Shown here in pieces: positions 48,152 to 56,704 of a stretch of DNA of 64,000 nucleotides. The stretch comes from a virus. Position 1 is the first letter of the stretch. Each line of letters begins with the position of its first letter. The stretch is taken from positions 91,229 to 155,228 of IMG/VR virus record IMGVR_UViG_3300032236_001530; one strand, 5' to 3'. Under the pieces are notes generated by a model. The model saw nothing but the letters and a program-made list of their open reading frames with translations. It had not been told where the DNA came from and made no database searches. A program made the translations under genes and the position numbers.

Positions 48152-49054
48152 TTATATTTTCTTATCGAATAAGTAAAGGTCATAAACAGCATTGCCTTTA
48201 ACTTTCTTAATACTTTTAAGAACTTGACCTGTTGTTGAATCTAAAACCTTATAAACACCGATATTTATACCTTTATCATCTAAAACCTTAACTGTGTTAC
48301 CTGGTTGACCTAAAGCACCTAACACTGCAATATATTTATTACCATAAATACTTTTTAGAAATGATATCTTGGCTGTAGCTATGTCTTTTATATTATTCAC
48401 ATAAGCATTCTCTAATGGTTTGTTTAAGTCTAAAACTGATTCTGTATTTTTTGTTCTAATAGTTACCGATTTTCTTTCCTCATCACCTAAAGTAACTTCT
48501 TCTCTGTTTTGAATTTTATTCTGTGTTAATAATGATTGTTGATTTCTTCTAATTTCATTGAAATCAGCCTTAGCTATGATACCACCTCTCATACCTTTAT
48601 CATTCATGTTATAACCAACCGGTGCTAATCTATAGAATGAACCAGTGAAAGTCATAGAAAGAATTCTATCTGTTCTAAATAAACGCCAGATTTTTTCAGT
48701 GTGTCTCTTTTGTGATACAGACCAACCATTTAAGTGCCAACCTCTTAAAAGTGTTTTACCTTTGGTTGAACGACCTAAAACCATGAAATAGACGGCTCTC
48801 TCATGACCAGCAAAGTGATTATCTTCAGCACCTTTATAGTTAATAAGGAAAATCATACCATATTTAATGGCCTTTATAGCAATCGAATCAGAATATTTTA
48901 TTGGCTCGTTGATTGGAATGTTAGCAATATCCTTTACATTTTTCAATGTAAATCTTGGGATATATTCTTTATCCTCTACTAATTCATAGTTTTCTCTTAC
49001 TATGAACTCAACATCTTTCTTATTATAGTAATCTTTTAATTGAGACAAATTCAT
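48152..49054 (-). CDS. WYL-like domain protein
   Basis: INY....ERAVYFMVLG....LLRGW....WRLFRTDRI. Confidence 0.6.
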   Translation of the reverse strand: MNLSQLKDYYNKKDVEFIVRENYELVEDKEYIPRFTLKNVKDIANIPINEPIKYSDSIAIKAIKYGMIFLINYKGAEDNHFAGHERAVYFMVLGRSTKGKTLLRGWHLNGWSVSQKRHTEKIWRLFRTDRILSMTFTGSFYRLAPVGYNMNDKGMRGGIIAKADFNEIRRNQQSLLTQNKIQNREEVTLGDEERKSVTIRTKNTESVLDLNKPLENAYVNNIKDIATAKISFLKSIYGNKYIAVLGALGQPGNTVKVLDDKGINIGVYKVLDSTTGQVLKSIKKVKGNAVYDLYLFDKKI

Positions 49055-49109
49055 ATCGTATATATTAATTTGTCTTTGTCTAATTATGAGAAATTAAACT
49101 CATATAATG

Positions 49110-49847
49110 TTATTTTTTCAAAAATTTTGATAGTCTTTTTATTCCGATTTCTAAACTTCTTGGATTTATATCACATCCAATATACCTTCTGTTCAAACCT
49201 AGAGCGGCTTCTCCTGTAGTATGTGATCCGGCATAAAAATCGGCTACTAAGTCTCCTTCATCTGAAGATGATTTGATAATTCTTTCTATTAAAGACTTTG
49301 GTTTCTGAGTATCATAACCAACTCTTTCCTTTTTATCATTTTGACCTAATATATTCATTTGCCAAACATCACCAATTACTTTGCCTTCTGGGTGGTAGTA
49401 TTTTTCTTTCTCATAGCCTCTTGGTGCGGTTAAAGAGTAAGGTTCTCTAACTGGATTGAATTTATACTTATCAGTTTTTGAATATCGATAAATTATATCG
49501 TGTCTTTTACCAAAGTCGGACTTTTTTCTTGGTGCTGTATTATAAAACCAAATGATTTCATTTCTCATATTATCATATCCAAAGATATCATCCATAATAC
49601 AACGAATCCAATGATTAATTTTAGTATCCATTTGTAAATAGATTGTACCGGTGCTTTTTAAAATACGGTGCATTTCTTTTATACGGGGTATATAATGTTC
49701 ATCTATATCTGATTTAATTGGCTTTAAGTCTTGATAGTCAGAAAATTTACGACCAGTACCATATAGAATATCACAGTATATAAGATCAATAGAATTATCC
49801 TCTATTGATTTCATAAATTCTAAATTATCTTGGCATTCTATTCTCAT
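49110..49847 (-). CDS. DNA amino-methyltransferase (N6/N4 beta class) with atypical DILY motif IV
   Basis: IDLIYCDILY, RNEIIW.Y, YDTQKPKSLIERII, VADFYAGSHTTG. Confidence 0.85.
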   Translation of the reverse strand: MRIECQDNLEFMKSIEDNSIDLIYCDILYGTGRKFSDYQDLKPIKSDIDEHYIPRIKEMHRILKSTGTIYLQMDTKINHWIRCIMDDIFGYDNMRNEIIWFYNTAPRKKSDFGKRHDIIYRYSKTDKYKFNPVREPYSLTAPRGYEKEKYYHPEGKVIGDVWQMNILGQNDKKERVGYDTQKPKSLIERIIKSSSDEGDLVADFYAGSHTTGEAALGLNRRYIGCDINPRSLEIGIKRLSKFLKK

Positions 49848-49865
49848 ATTAAAATTATTTAAAAC

Positions 49866-49897
49866 AAAAAGAGAGACTCTAAGTCTCTCAGTTTTTT
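49866..49897 (-). terminator. Intrinsic terminator
   Basis: AAAAAGAGAGAC-TCTAA-GTCTCTC downstream of the lipoprotein gene. Confidence 0.7.
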
Positions 49898-49911
49898 AGT
49901 TAGTCAGCTAA

Positions 49912-50091
49912 TTACTTAGCAGCTTTAACAGCTGTATCAACTGCTTTTGTAGCTGTTGTATCAACAGATTTTGCTGTTGTGTCAACTGCTACCTTAGTAG
50001 AGTCAGATGTTGAAGTTGAAGTTTTTTCAGCTCCGCTACCGCAAGAAGCTAAAATTGCTGATGCTAAAAGCACGAACGCGATTTTTCTCAT
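49912..50091 (-). CDS. Small lipoprotein, 59 aa, with VDTT/DST repeats; not in ORF track
   Basis: MRKIAFVLLASAILAS-CGSGAEKTSTSTSDSTKVAVDTTAKSVDTTATKAVDTAVKAAK*; lipobox LASC. Confidence 0.85.
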   Translation of the reverse strand: MRKIAFVLLASAILASCGSGAEKTSTSTSDSTKVAVDTTAKSVDTTATKAVDTAVKAAK

Positions 50092-50224
50092 AATTGTTGT
50101 TTTTTTTGTTTTGTTTTTAATTATTAAAGTTATTGAATATTATATATCATTTTTTTATTCTTTTGTTTTAAAAAGTAGTAAAATATTTTTTATATATACT
50201 ACAATACAAATATACAAAAGATTT

Positions 50225-50425
50225 ATGAAACACCTAAAAAAATATGAAAGTTTTGAATTGGCTCAAGAAGAAATTGATCCAAAACCAAGCTATTACTACA
50301 GTTGTGATGAATGTGATAACATCTGGAAAGATGACGAAGAATGTAAGTCTTGTAAACACTGTGATTCTGATGAAATAGAGGAATTACATGAAGAAGAGTG
50401 GAATGAATTAAATAAATCAAAATAA
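50225..50425 (+). CDS. Small zinc-ribbon protein with CTS-like start (true start of track ORF 49979..50425)
   Basis: MKHLKKYESFE..CDEC..CKHC. Confidence 0.75.
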   Translation: MKHLKKYESFELAQEEIDPKPSYYYSCDECDNIWKDDEECKSCKHCDSDEIEELHEEEWNELNKSK

Positions 50426-50426
50426 T

Positions 50427-51137
50427 ATGTCAATTAACAATAGAGAAGATGCTAATAAGTATTACCAAATGATTAATGATTTGGTGGATGAATATACTGA
50501 AAAGAATAAGATTAGACCTTCTAACCTTAAAAGATACTTACAACCTGGTTCTGAAAGATTTAATAGATTCTTAGAAAGAAATAAACTTAAAGATATCAAA
50601 GGTGCTTCTATTATATTAAAAGATATAATTGAAGATAGAGAAAGTATGGAAAAGGATGGTGTTATTACTTTTGAATCTTTTAAAATGTTTGAGTCAGAAG
50701 AATTCAAAATTCATTCTATGAAACAGTGTCTTTATAAAGGTATTGAAAAGGCTACTCAACAAATGGAAAAAGTATTAGCCGATCATTTTGATACTAATTT
50801 AGGTGATATTGATATTGTTGACGCTGATAAACACATATTCAAAATTAGCGATTGGAATAATCATGATGTTCAAGTTGTTATTTATTCTAAAGAAGAAATG
50901 GATGTTATTTTAACAAATATAGTTGAGCATTTATATGGTGAGCTTTCTAAAAAGAAAATTGAATTATCTCAACACATTTCTATTGAACTTTCTGATTTAA
51001 TTAAAGAAGACGCTTTTACTACTAAAATTGAAAATATCTTAACAGGAGATTTAGCTAAAAAACTTATAAGTGATTGTTTAGACAATGGTTTCAATTTCAA
51101 AGATGAGTTTAAAGGTTATTTTATCTGGATTTCTTAA
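50427..51137 (+). CDS. Hypothetical protein with internal ITFESFKMFES motif
   Basis: Coupled to the upstream gene. Confidence 0.7.
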   Translation: MSINNREDANKYYQMINDLVDEYTEKNKIRPSNLKRYLQPGSERFNRFLERNKLKDIKGASIILKDIIEDRESMEKDGVITFESFKMFESEEFKIHSMKQCLYKGIEKATQQMEKVLADHFDTNLGDIDIVDADKHIFKISDWNNHDVQVVIYSKEEMDVILTNIVEHLYGELSKKKIELSQHISIELSDLIKEDAFTTKIENILTGDLAKKLISDCLDNGFNFKDEFKGYFIWIS

Positions 51138-51249
51138 ATCATGTAACATCATGATAATCTCTTAACACTAATTATAATTACTTTATAATCTGAATGGATT
51201 TTTTTTAATTCCTTATTGTAATATATAAATCAAAATAAAATAAAAATAT

Positions 51250-52083
51250 ATGTTACTAAAAGTAGGATCTAAAGGAAATGAAGTGAAACAACTTCAAGAA
51301 AAATTAGGTTTAGCAGCGGATGGTTCTTTTGGACCTGGAACAGAAAAAGCTGTTAAAGAATGGCAATCGGCTAATGGATTAACAGCTGATGGTCTAGTTG
51401 GTGATGGAACTTGGAGTAAAATGTTCGGTGGTGTTTCTGCACCAGTTGCGGCTCCTGTTTCTAATGTTGTTATTCCACCAAGTGAATTTAAATTAGAAAA
51501 TCTAAAAGGACACGTTCCTGACGCTGTTATCGCTCAAATCCCTGATACAGCAGCAAAATTCAACATTACTAATCCATTAAGATTAGCTCACTTCTTGGCT
51601 CAGTGTGGTCATGAGAGTGGTGGTTTCAAAGCAATTTCTGAAAACTTAAATTATTCTGCTGATGGTCTTGTTAAGATATTTGGTAGATATTTTAATTCAG
51701 CTACAGCGCCTTCTTATGCTAGAAATCCTGAAAAAATTGCTTCTAAAGTATATGCTGATAGAATGGGTAATGGTTCAGAATCAACGGGAGAAGGATTTAA
51801 ATTTAGAGGTAGAGGTTATATTCAATTAACTGGTAAATCAAACTATACTGGATTTACTAAGTTTATTGGTGAAGATTGTGTTGCTAATCCAGATTTAGTT
51901 GCTACTAAATACCCATTAGCTTCTGCTGCTTATTTCTTTGATTCAAATAAACTTTGGGCTATCTGCGATAAAGGTGCTGATGTTGCTACTGTAACAGCTG
52001 TAACAAAAAGAGTAAATGGTGGTACTATTGGTTTAGATGATCGTATTAAACACTTTAATGAGTTTTATGCTTTATTGAAATAA
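51250..52083 (+). CDS. Endolysin: peptidoglycan-binding domain plus GH19 catalytic domain
   Basis: LLKVGSKG.EVKQLQ..DGSFGPGTE..DGLVG; AHFLAQCGHES, ENLNYS, FRGRGYIQLTG, TKRVNGG..GLDDR. Confidence 0.92.
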   Translation: MLLKVGSKGNEVKQLQEKLGLAADGSFGPGTEKAVKEWQSANGLTADGLVGDGTWSKMFGGVSAPVAAPVSNVVIPPSEFKLENLKGHVPDAVIAQIPDTAAKFNITNPLRLAHFLAQCGHESGGFKAISENLNYSADGLVKIFGRYFNSATAPSYARNPEKIASKVYADRMGNGSESTGEGFKFRGRGYIQLTGKSNYTGFTKFIGEDCVANPDLVATKYPLASAAYFFDSNKLWAICDKGADVATVTAVTKRVNGGTIGLDDRIKHFNEFYALLK

Positions 52084-52100
52084 GATAATAAAAAATATAA

Positions 52101-52131
52101 AAAAATAGGGAAGATAAACTTCCCTATTTTT
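52101..52131. terminator. Bidirectional intrinsic terminator
   Basis: AAAAATAGGGAAG-ATAAA-CTTCCCTATTTTT. Confidence 0.85.
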
Positions 52132-52345
52132 ATTTTAAATAATCACCTCCGTGTTTAAATTGCTTATTAATAAACTCATTTAATACCTGACACTTTTCAT
52201 AATCTTCTTTATACTCAAAGAAATCTAAAGCCATTTTAACTTGTTCATGAGAAAAAGGTTTTAGATTGTTATCAAATGGTTTGTTTTCCTTAATTCTTTT
52301 ATAGATTTCATTTACTAATGAATCTACTGATATGAGTCTAATCAT
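52130..52345 (-). CDS. Small protein with UVR-like motif
   Basis: MALDFFEYKEDYEKCQVLNE. Confidence 0.55.
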   Translation of the reverse strand: MIRLISVDSLVNEIYKRIKENKPFDNNLKPFSHEQVKMALDFFEYKEDYEKCQVLNEFINKQFKHGGDYLK

Positions 52346-52970
52346 TTTTATTGTAATTTTTCAAGAATTCCTTTTCTTCTTTTGTTAAATTATCAATACC
52401 TACTTCATTAATTCTATCAAGAATTTCATTTATATCTAATCTAGTACTATTCTTTTTAATAATGTTACTAACATCAGAAATATCCGAGTTCATTGATTTC
52501 ATATTATCTATTCTTTGGTTCAACTCTTGAACTGTTATACCAAATGACTTTTCAAAATCTTCTCTTGAGAATGTTAATCCTAATACATTAACAACATCTT
52601 CTATTTTATGATAATGTACTTTATAGATTGACTCTACTACTTTAGATAGTAATTCTTTTTCAACTAAATCAGAAGTCATTATACACTTATCATTCTTAAA
52701 AATAACCAAGTCATTTTTATCTAAAAAAAGAATAACATCTACTTTGCCGTAGTCCTCTAGCTTAACACCAATATAAACAGTATTGTTTATACGATTTTTA
52801 AATCTAGATCTTTTTGTATTAACCTTTTCTAAGATTTGTCTGAATTGCTTATTCTTATCAAGAATGATTTTATTATGTGATATCTTTTCGGATAGTTTAT
52901 TTGACCACTTAGCTAATAGACCACCCAGAAAAACACCAATAAAAAGGACTAATAAGTAATTAACTATCAT
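52338..52970 (-). CDS. Membrane-anchored protein with C-terminal DUF6576-like hairpin
   Basis: N-terminal TM helix; INEILDRINEVGIDNLTKEEKEFL. Confidence 0.65.
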   Translation of the reverse strand: MIVNYLLVLFIGVFLGGLLAKWSNKLSEKISHNKIILDKNKQFRQILEKVNTKRSRFKNRINNTVYIGVKLEDYGKVDVILFLDKNDLVIFKNDKCIMTSDLVEKELLSKVVESIYKVHYHKIEDVVNVLGLTFSREDFEKSFGITVQELNQRIDNMKSMNSDISDVSNIIKKNSTRLDINEILDRINEVGIDNLTKEEKEFLKNYNKND

Positions 52971-54154
52971 AGTTTATATATTTGTTTTCTAATTTTTACA
53001 ATTAAATTATGAATAAATTTTAATTCTACATTATCTGGTAGTGAAGAATTATCAAAAAGTTTATCAATTTCAACAATCTCTTTTTCCACATTATCAATTA
53101 GTGTTTGTAGATCAACCTCTCCTTTTCTAATAGCAATTAGTTCTTTAGCATTTGGTCTACGAACATTAATTCCTTTTCCTTCTGCAATTTCACGAGCCAT
53201 TTCCATTAGACGTTTACAATGAAGCATATTCTTACCGTCAATTTTTTGACCGTGTGATTTCACATCTACCCAACGAGCATCATTTTTATTCTCTAACCAA
53301 GTTTGGTAAGATTTATAATCATTACAGTGTTGAGTATAACCATCTTTGTTATAAGTAACAACACAGATAGGAGTTTCACCTTTTGGAATAGAAGAAAGTC
53401 TTAGTTGATTTGATTCGGCTGAGTTAGCACCTTCACCAGTTTTAACAAGACCTTTATAACCAAATCCCATTGGTTGACCAGATTCCTTTTGAAGTTTAAT
53501 TAGACCATTTCTATCTTGTTCTGAAATACTTTCAGAAAACATATTTCTAGCAGCGTTATCATAATAAACTGCATAAATATCTCTAGCATTTGGAACATTA
53601 ACAACACCAATGAATTTTTCTTCATATCTACCATCGCTATTCCAAACTTTCCAAGGAATGGATTTTTCACCTTCAATTACATAAACAAAGTCAAGTACTT
53701 CTTTACGAGTTACTTTATCTTTTTCCCAGTTTTGTTTTTTATTTTGACCTTTTGCTTTTTGAATTTGCATTTTAGCATAACCACCAAAAGATTTAGCACA
53801 GATTTTAGTGATAAAATTTTCACGATTTTCTAGAATTATATCAAAAGCAGGGTCTTTATAGATAATACAATCTTCAGGAGTATTGAGTAATTCAAGTACA
53901 GTAGGATTGTTACTTCCTAAAAGTTCAAGAAATCTACGAACTTCATAAATAACAGTATCATTATTATCATCGTTTATTTGTTCTCGATATTTATTTCCTA
54001 AGATATCATCAATTGATTGTATAAAAACACCAGCATAGTCAGTATCTGATGTTTCAACATTTGTTCCATAGGCATGTGATCCTCTAATAACAAGATATAG
54101 AGGTTTAGCACCTGGTGATTTTTCCTCAATTAATTTAAGTAATTCGTCTTTCAT
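52967..54154 (-). CDS. Pol-beta-superfamily nucleotidyltransferase (RlaP/YcgL-like)
   Basis: RGSHAYGTNVETSDTDYAGVF, NPTVLELL, SFGGYA..Q, K.MLHCKRL, IRKG. Confidence 0.85.
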   Translation of the reverse strand: MKDELLKLIEEKSPGAKPLYLVIRGSHAYGTNVETSDTDYAGVFIQSIDDILGNKYREQINDDNNDTVIYEVRRFLELLGSNNPTVLELLNTPEDCIIYKDPAFDIILENRENFITKICAKSFGGYAKMQIQKAKGQNKKQNWEKDKVTRKEVLDFVYVIEGEKSIPWKVWNSDGRYEEKFIGVVNVPNARDIYAVYYDNAARNMFSESISEQDRNGLIKLQKESGQPMGFGYKGLVKTGEGANSAESNQLRLSSIPKGETPICVVTYNKDGYTQHCNDYKSYQTWLENKNDARWVDVKSHGQKIDGKNMLHCKRLMEMAREIAEGKGINVRRPNAKELIAIRKGEVDLQTLIDNVEKEIVEIDKLFDNSSLPDNVELKFIHNLIVKIRKQIYKL

Positions 54155-54249
54155 ATGATTATTATAGATGGCAAAGATAATATATTTTTAATTAAATAAC
54201 AAATAAAGATTCTTAGGATTTAATATATAAGAAAAATAGATAGATTTAA

Positions 54250-55176
54250 ATGATAATAGGTACATATAGTGGAGGTAGTGCATCAGCTAATGAATATTCA
54301 ACTCTCCCTGAGTTACTAAACCAATTACCAGATAATACCGCTAATCAAATTGACGCTATTAATGTTAGAAACTCGGTTTATACTTTATGGGAAAGAATAT
54401 TAGATGTTCAGATGGTTGCTAGTCAATCAGCCTCAGCTTCTTCTGTTTACTCTAATTCTACACCTACTCCTTATACTATTGGTGGTATACCAGCTGGTAC
54501 TACATTTAGTAATCAAACAATGCAACAAATGTGGGATGCTTTGCTTTACCCTTATATAGCCCCTTCTGCTTCTTTAGGTGGTGGAGGTACGAGAGAATTT
54601 GGTGGTAGTAATGTTTTAACATTAAGTTGGTCAGCTACCAAGGGTAGTAAATCTATAACATCTATTATTGTTAACGGTACACCTATTTCGGTTACTGGTA
54701 ATAATCAATCAGGCACACAAGCTGCTACAGCTACACAAAACGTAAATACAACATTTTCTATGACAGTTTCAGATATACCTAATGGTACAAGTACCGTTTC
54801 ATCATCAACATCACTTAATTGGAGTTCAGCAGTTTATTGGGGTAAAACACCAACTTTTGCTTTACCTAGTATGACTATTGTTGGTACTCAACCAGCTTGG
54901 GCAACAGGTGCCGGTGTTGGTTCTGGTAAGGCATTATCTACATCAAGAGCTGGTACTTATAATGGTATTAATGGTGCGGGTCAATATTTAGTATTTGCTT
55001 GGCCTTCTTCTTATGGAGCGCCATCATTTACAGTTAATGGTTTGCCAAATACTGCATTTACTAAGATAGGAAGCGGAGTTTCACATACAAATATGTATGG
55101 TTATGTTGTAAATTATGACGTTTGGATATCCAATACGGCACAAAATTCACCAATTGCTAGTTTTGTAATAAGCTAA
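54250..55176 (+). CDS. Virion structural protein (fibre/decoration cluster)
   Basis: Late promoter 54219-54229; Ser/Thr/Gly-rich beta protein. Confidence 0.65.
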   Translation: MIIGTYSGGSASANEYSTLPELLNQLPDNTANQIDAINVRNSVYTLWERILDVQMVASQSASASSVYSNSTPTPYTIGGIPAGTTFSNQTMQQMWDALLYPYIAPSASLGGGGTREFGGSNVLTLSWSATKGSKSITSIIVNGTPISVTGNNQSGTQAATATQNVNTTFSMTVSDIPNGTSTVSSSTSLNWSSAVYWGKTPTFALPSMTIVGTQPAWATGAGVGSGKALSTSRAGTYNGINGAGQYLVFAWPSSYGAPSFTVNGLPNTAFTKIGSGVSHTNMYGYVVNYDVWISNTAQNSPIASFVIS

Positions 55177-55201
55177 TGAAAAAAATATAAGATAAGATAA
55201 T

Positions 55202-56689
55202 ATGTCACAAAATATAGGAACACTTGTAACCGCGGCGATTAGACCCAATGACTCATTGGATTTGATAGCATCGGCATTTGCAAATGAGATAATGGGTGGT
55301 TTACACACCGCTACTTCAAGTACAGATAGAGATGCTATTATGACTGCTAGAAGAGAGTGGGGTATGATGTGTTATGTTATTAATGATAATAAAACATATC
55401 AGTTATCTTATGGGTATAGTTCAAATGTTATAACTGATAATCTAAACTGGAAAGAGTTTAGTGGTTCAGGTGGTTCAGGTGGTGGTGATTGGTTAAATCC
55501 TGTTATAACTGTTTTAACTACTGAGCCTATAAGTAATAGTGATGGTGATAGATATTTAGTTGGTAGAAAACCTTCAGATGTTGTTAGTGGTACAAACTGG
55601 TCATCTAATGCACCTGGATTTGTTGCTCAGTGGAGTTCAGTATTAAATAATTGGAATTACACTCTTCCTGTAGATGGTATGTCTGTTAGAGTTAATGATG
55701 AGGATAATGCTATTTATAGATATGAGGGTTCTTATTCATCAGGTTCTTGGCAAAAAGAAAAAGAAAGTCAAGTTAGATATTTAGCGGCATCTGCATCAAA
55801 TGGTGCTAGTTACTCAGCTGTTAGTAGTCCTTATTTTAATGCTTATGACCAAGAAACATTATACATTGTTAAGTTTGCTACAACAAATACTGGCGCAAGC
55901 GTTTCATTAAGTATAAATGGATTACCTCATAAGTCGTTAAGAAAGACAGATGGTGTTTCTTTAACAGATATTATAACTAATGAATTAACTACAAATTATC
56001 AATACTTTGTTACTTATGATGGAACTGGATTTGAGTTATTAAACCCTTCTTCAAGTGGTTCAGGTACTGGTTTGAGTAATAAGTATTATATAGCTAGTGG
56101 TGAGACTATTACAGTTCCGCCTAGCACTCAATATTGGATTTATGGTAATATGGATATTGAAGGTACTTTGAATAACTATGGTGAAGTAGTTGTTGCTAAT
56201 GGTTCTTTAACAGTTGGTTCAGGTACCTTTAACGATTATGGTACTTATTCAAATATTTACTTTGCCCAGATAAATGGATTAGGTCAACCTAATTATGTTC
56301 CAAGATGGCAGACATCTTATATGTTGACTGCTACATCATCAATATATGATGATGGTTCACAAGTTATTGTTTCTTCTCCGACATTTTCGGTATTAAATAA
56401 TTTAGTTTTACCTAGTGGTGCTTCAGCTGGTTATGTTTTAACATCAGATTCAAACGGTCATGCTACTTGGCAACATGGAGTTAGTAAATATACAGCAACT
56501 CAATCATTTAATGCTAATGCTACATATTCAATATCACATAATCTTAATACAAGTGCTATAATATTTAACTTCTGGGATGAAAATACAGGAGATATAATTA
56601 TACCTTCTATTAGAAAAACATCATTGAATACAATAGATGTTATGACGACTGCTACTTTTTCAAATGGTAGAGTTGTTATAATGTCATAA
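55202..56689 (+). CDS. Tail-fibre-associated protein with DUF2793-like domain
   Basis: GDRYLVG..W..FVAQW..W.YTLP.DGMSV.V.DE..IYRY.G; GYVLTSD..G.ATW. Confidence 0.6.
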   Translation: MSQNIGTLVTAAIRPNDSLDLIASAFANEIMGGLHTATSSTDRDAIMTARREWGMMCYVINDNKTYQLSYGYSSNVITDNLNWKEFSGSGGSGGGDWLNPVITVLTTEPISNSDGDRYLVGRKPSDVVSGTNWSSNAPGFVAQWSSVLNNWNYTLPVDGMSVRVNDEDNAIYRYEGSYSSGSWQKEKESQVRYLAASASNGASYSAVSSPYFNAYDQETLYIVKFATTNTGASVSLSINGLPHKSLRKTDGVSLTDIITNELTTNYQYFVTYDGTGFELLNPSSSGSGTGLSNKYYIASGETITVPPSTQYWIYGNMDIEGTLNNYGEVVVANGSLTVGSGTFNDYGTYSNIYFAQINGLGQPNYVPRWQTSYMLTATSSIYDDGSQVIVSSPTFSVLNNLVLPSGASAGYVLTSDSNGHATWQHGVSKYTATQSFNANATYSISHNLNTSAIIFNFWDENTGDIIIPSIRKTSLNTIDVMTTATFSNGRVVIMS

Positions 56690-56704
56690 AAATAAAAACA
56701 AGAA

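Noticed and set aside
49979-50224. N-terminal part of track ORF 49979..50425
   Set aside because: It overlaps the minus-strand lipoprotein and an intergenic AT tract; the credible start is ATG 50225
49912-52083. Lipoprotein as o-spanin of a lysis cassette with the GH19 endolysin
   Set aside because: It is on the opposite strand with no adjacent i-spanin and no Pro-rich or Cys-containing periplasmic part; not excluded but unsupported
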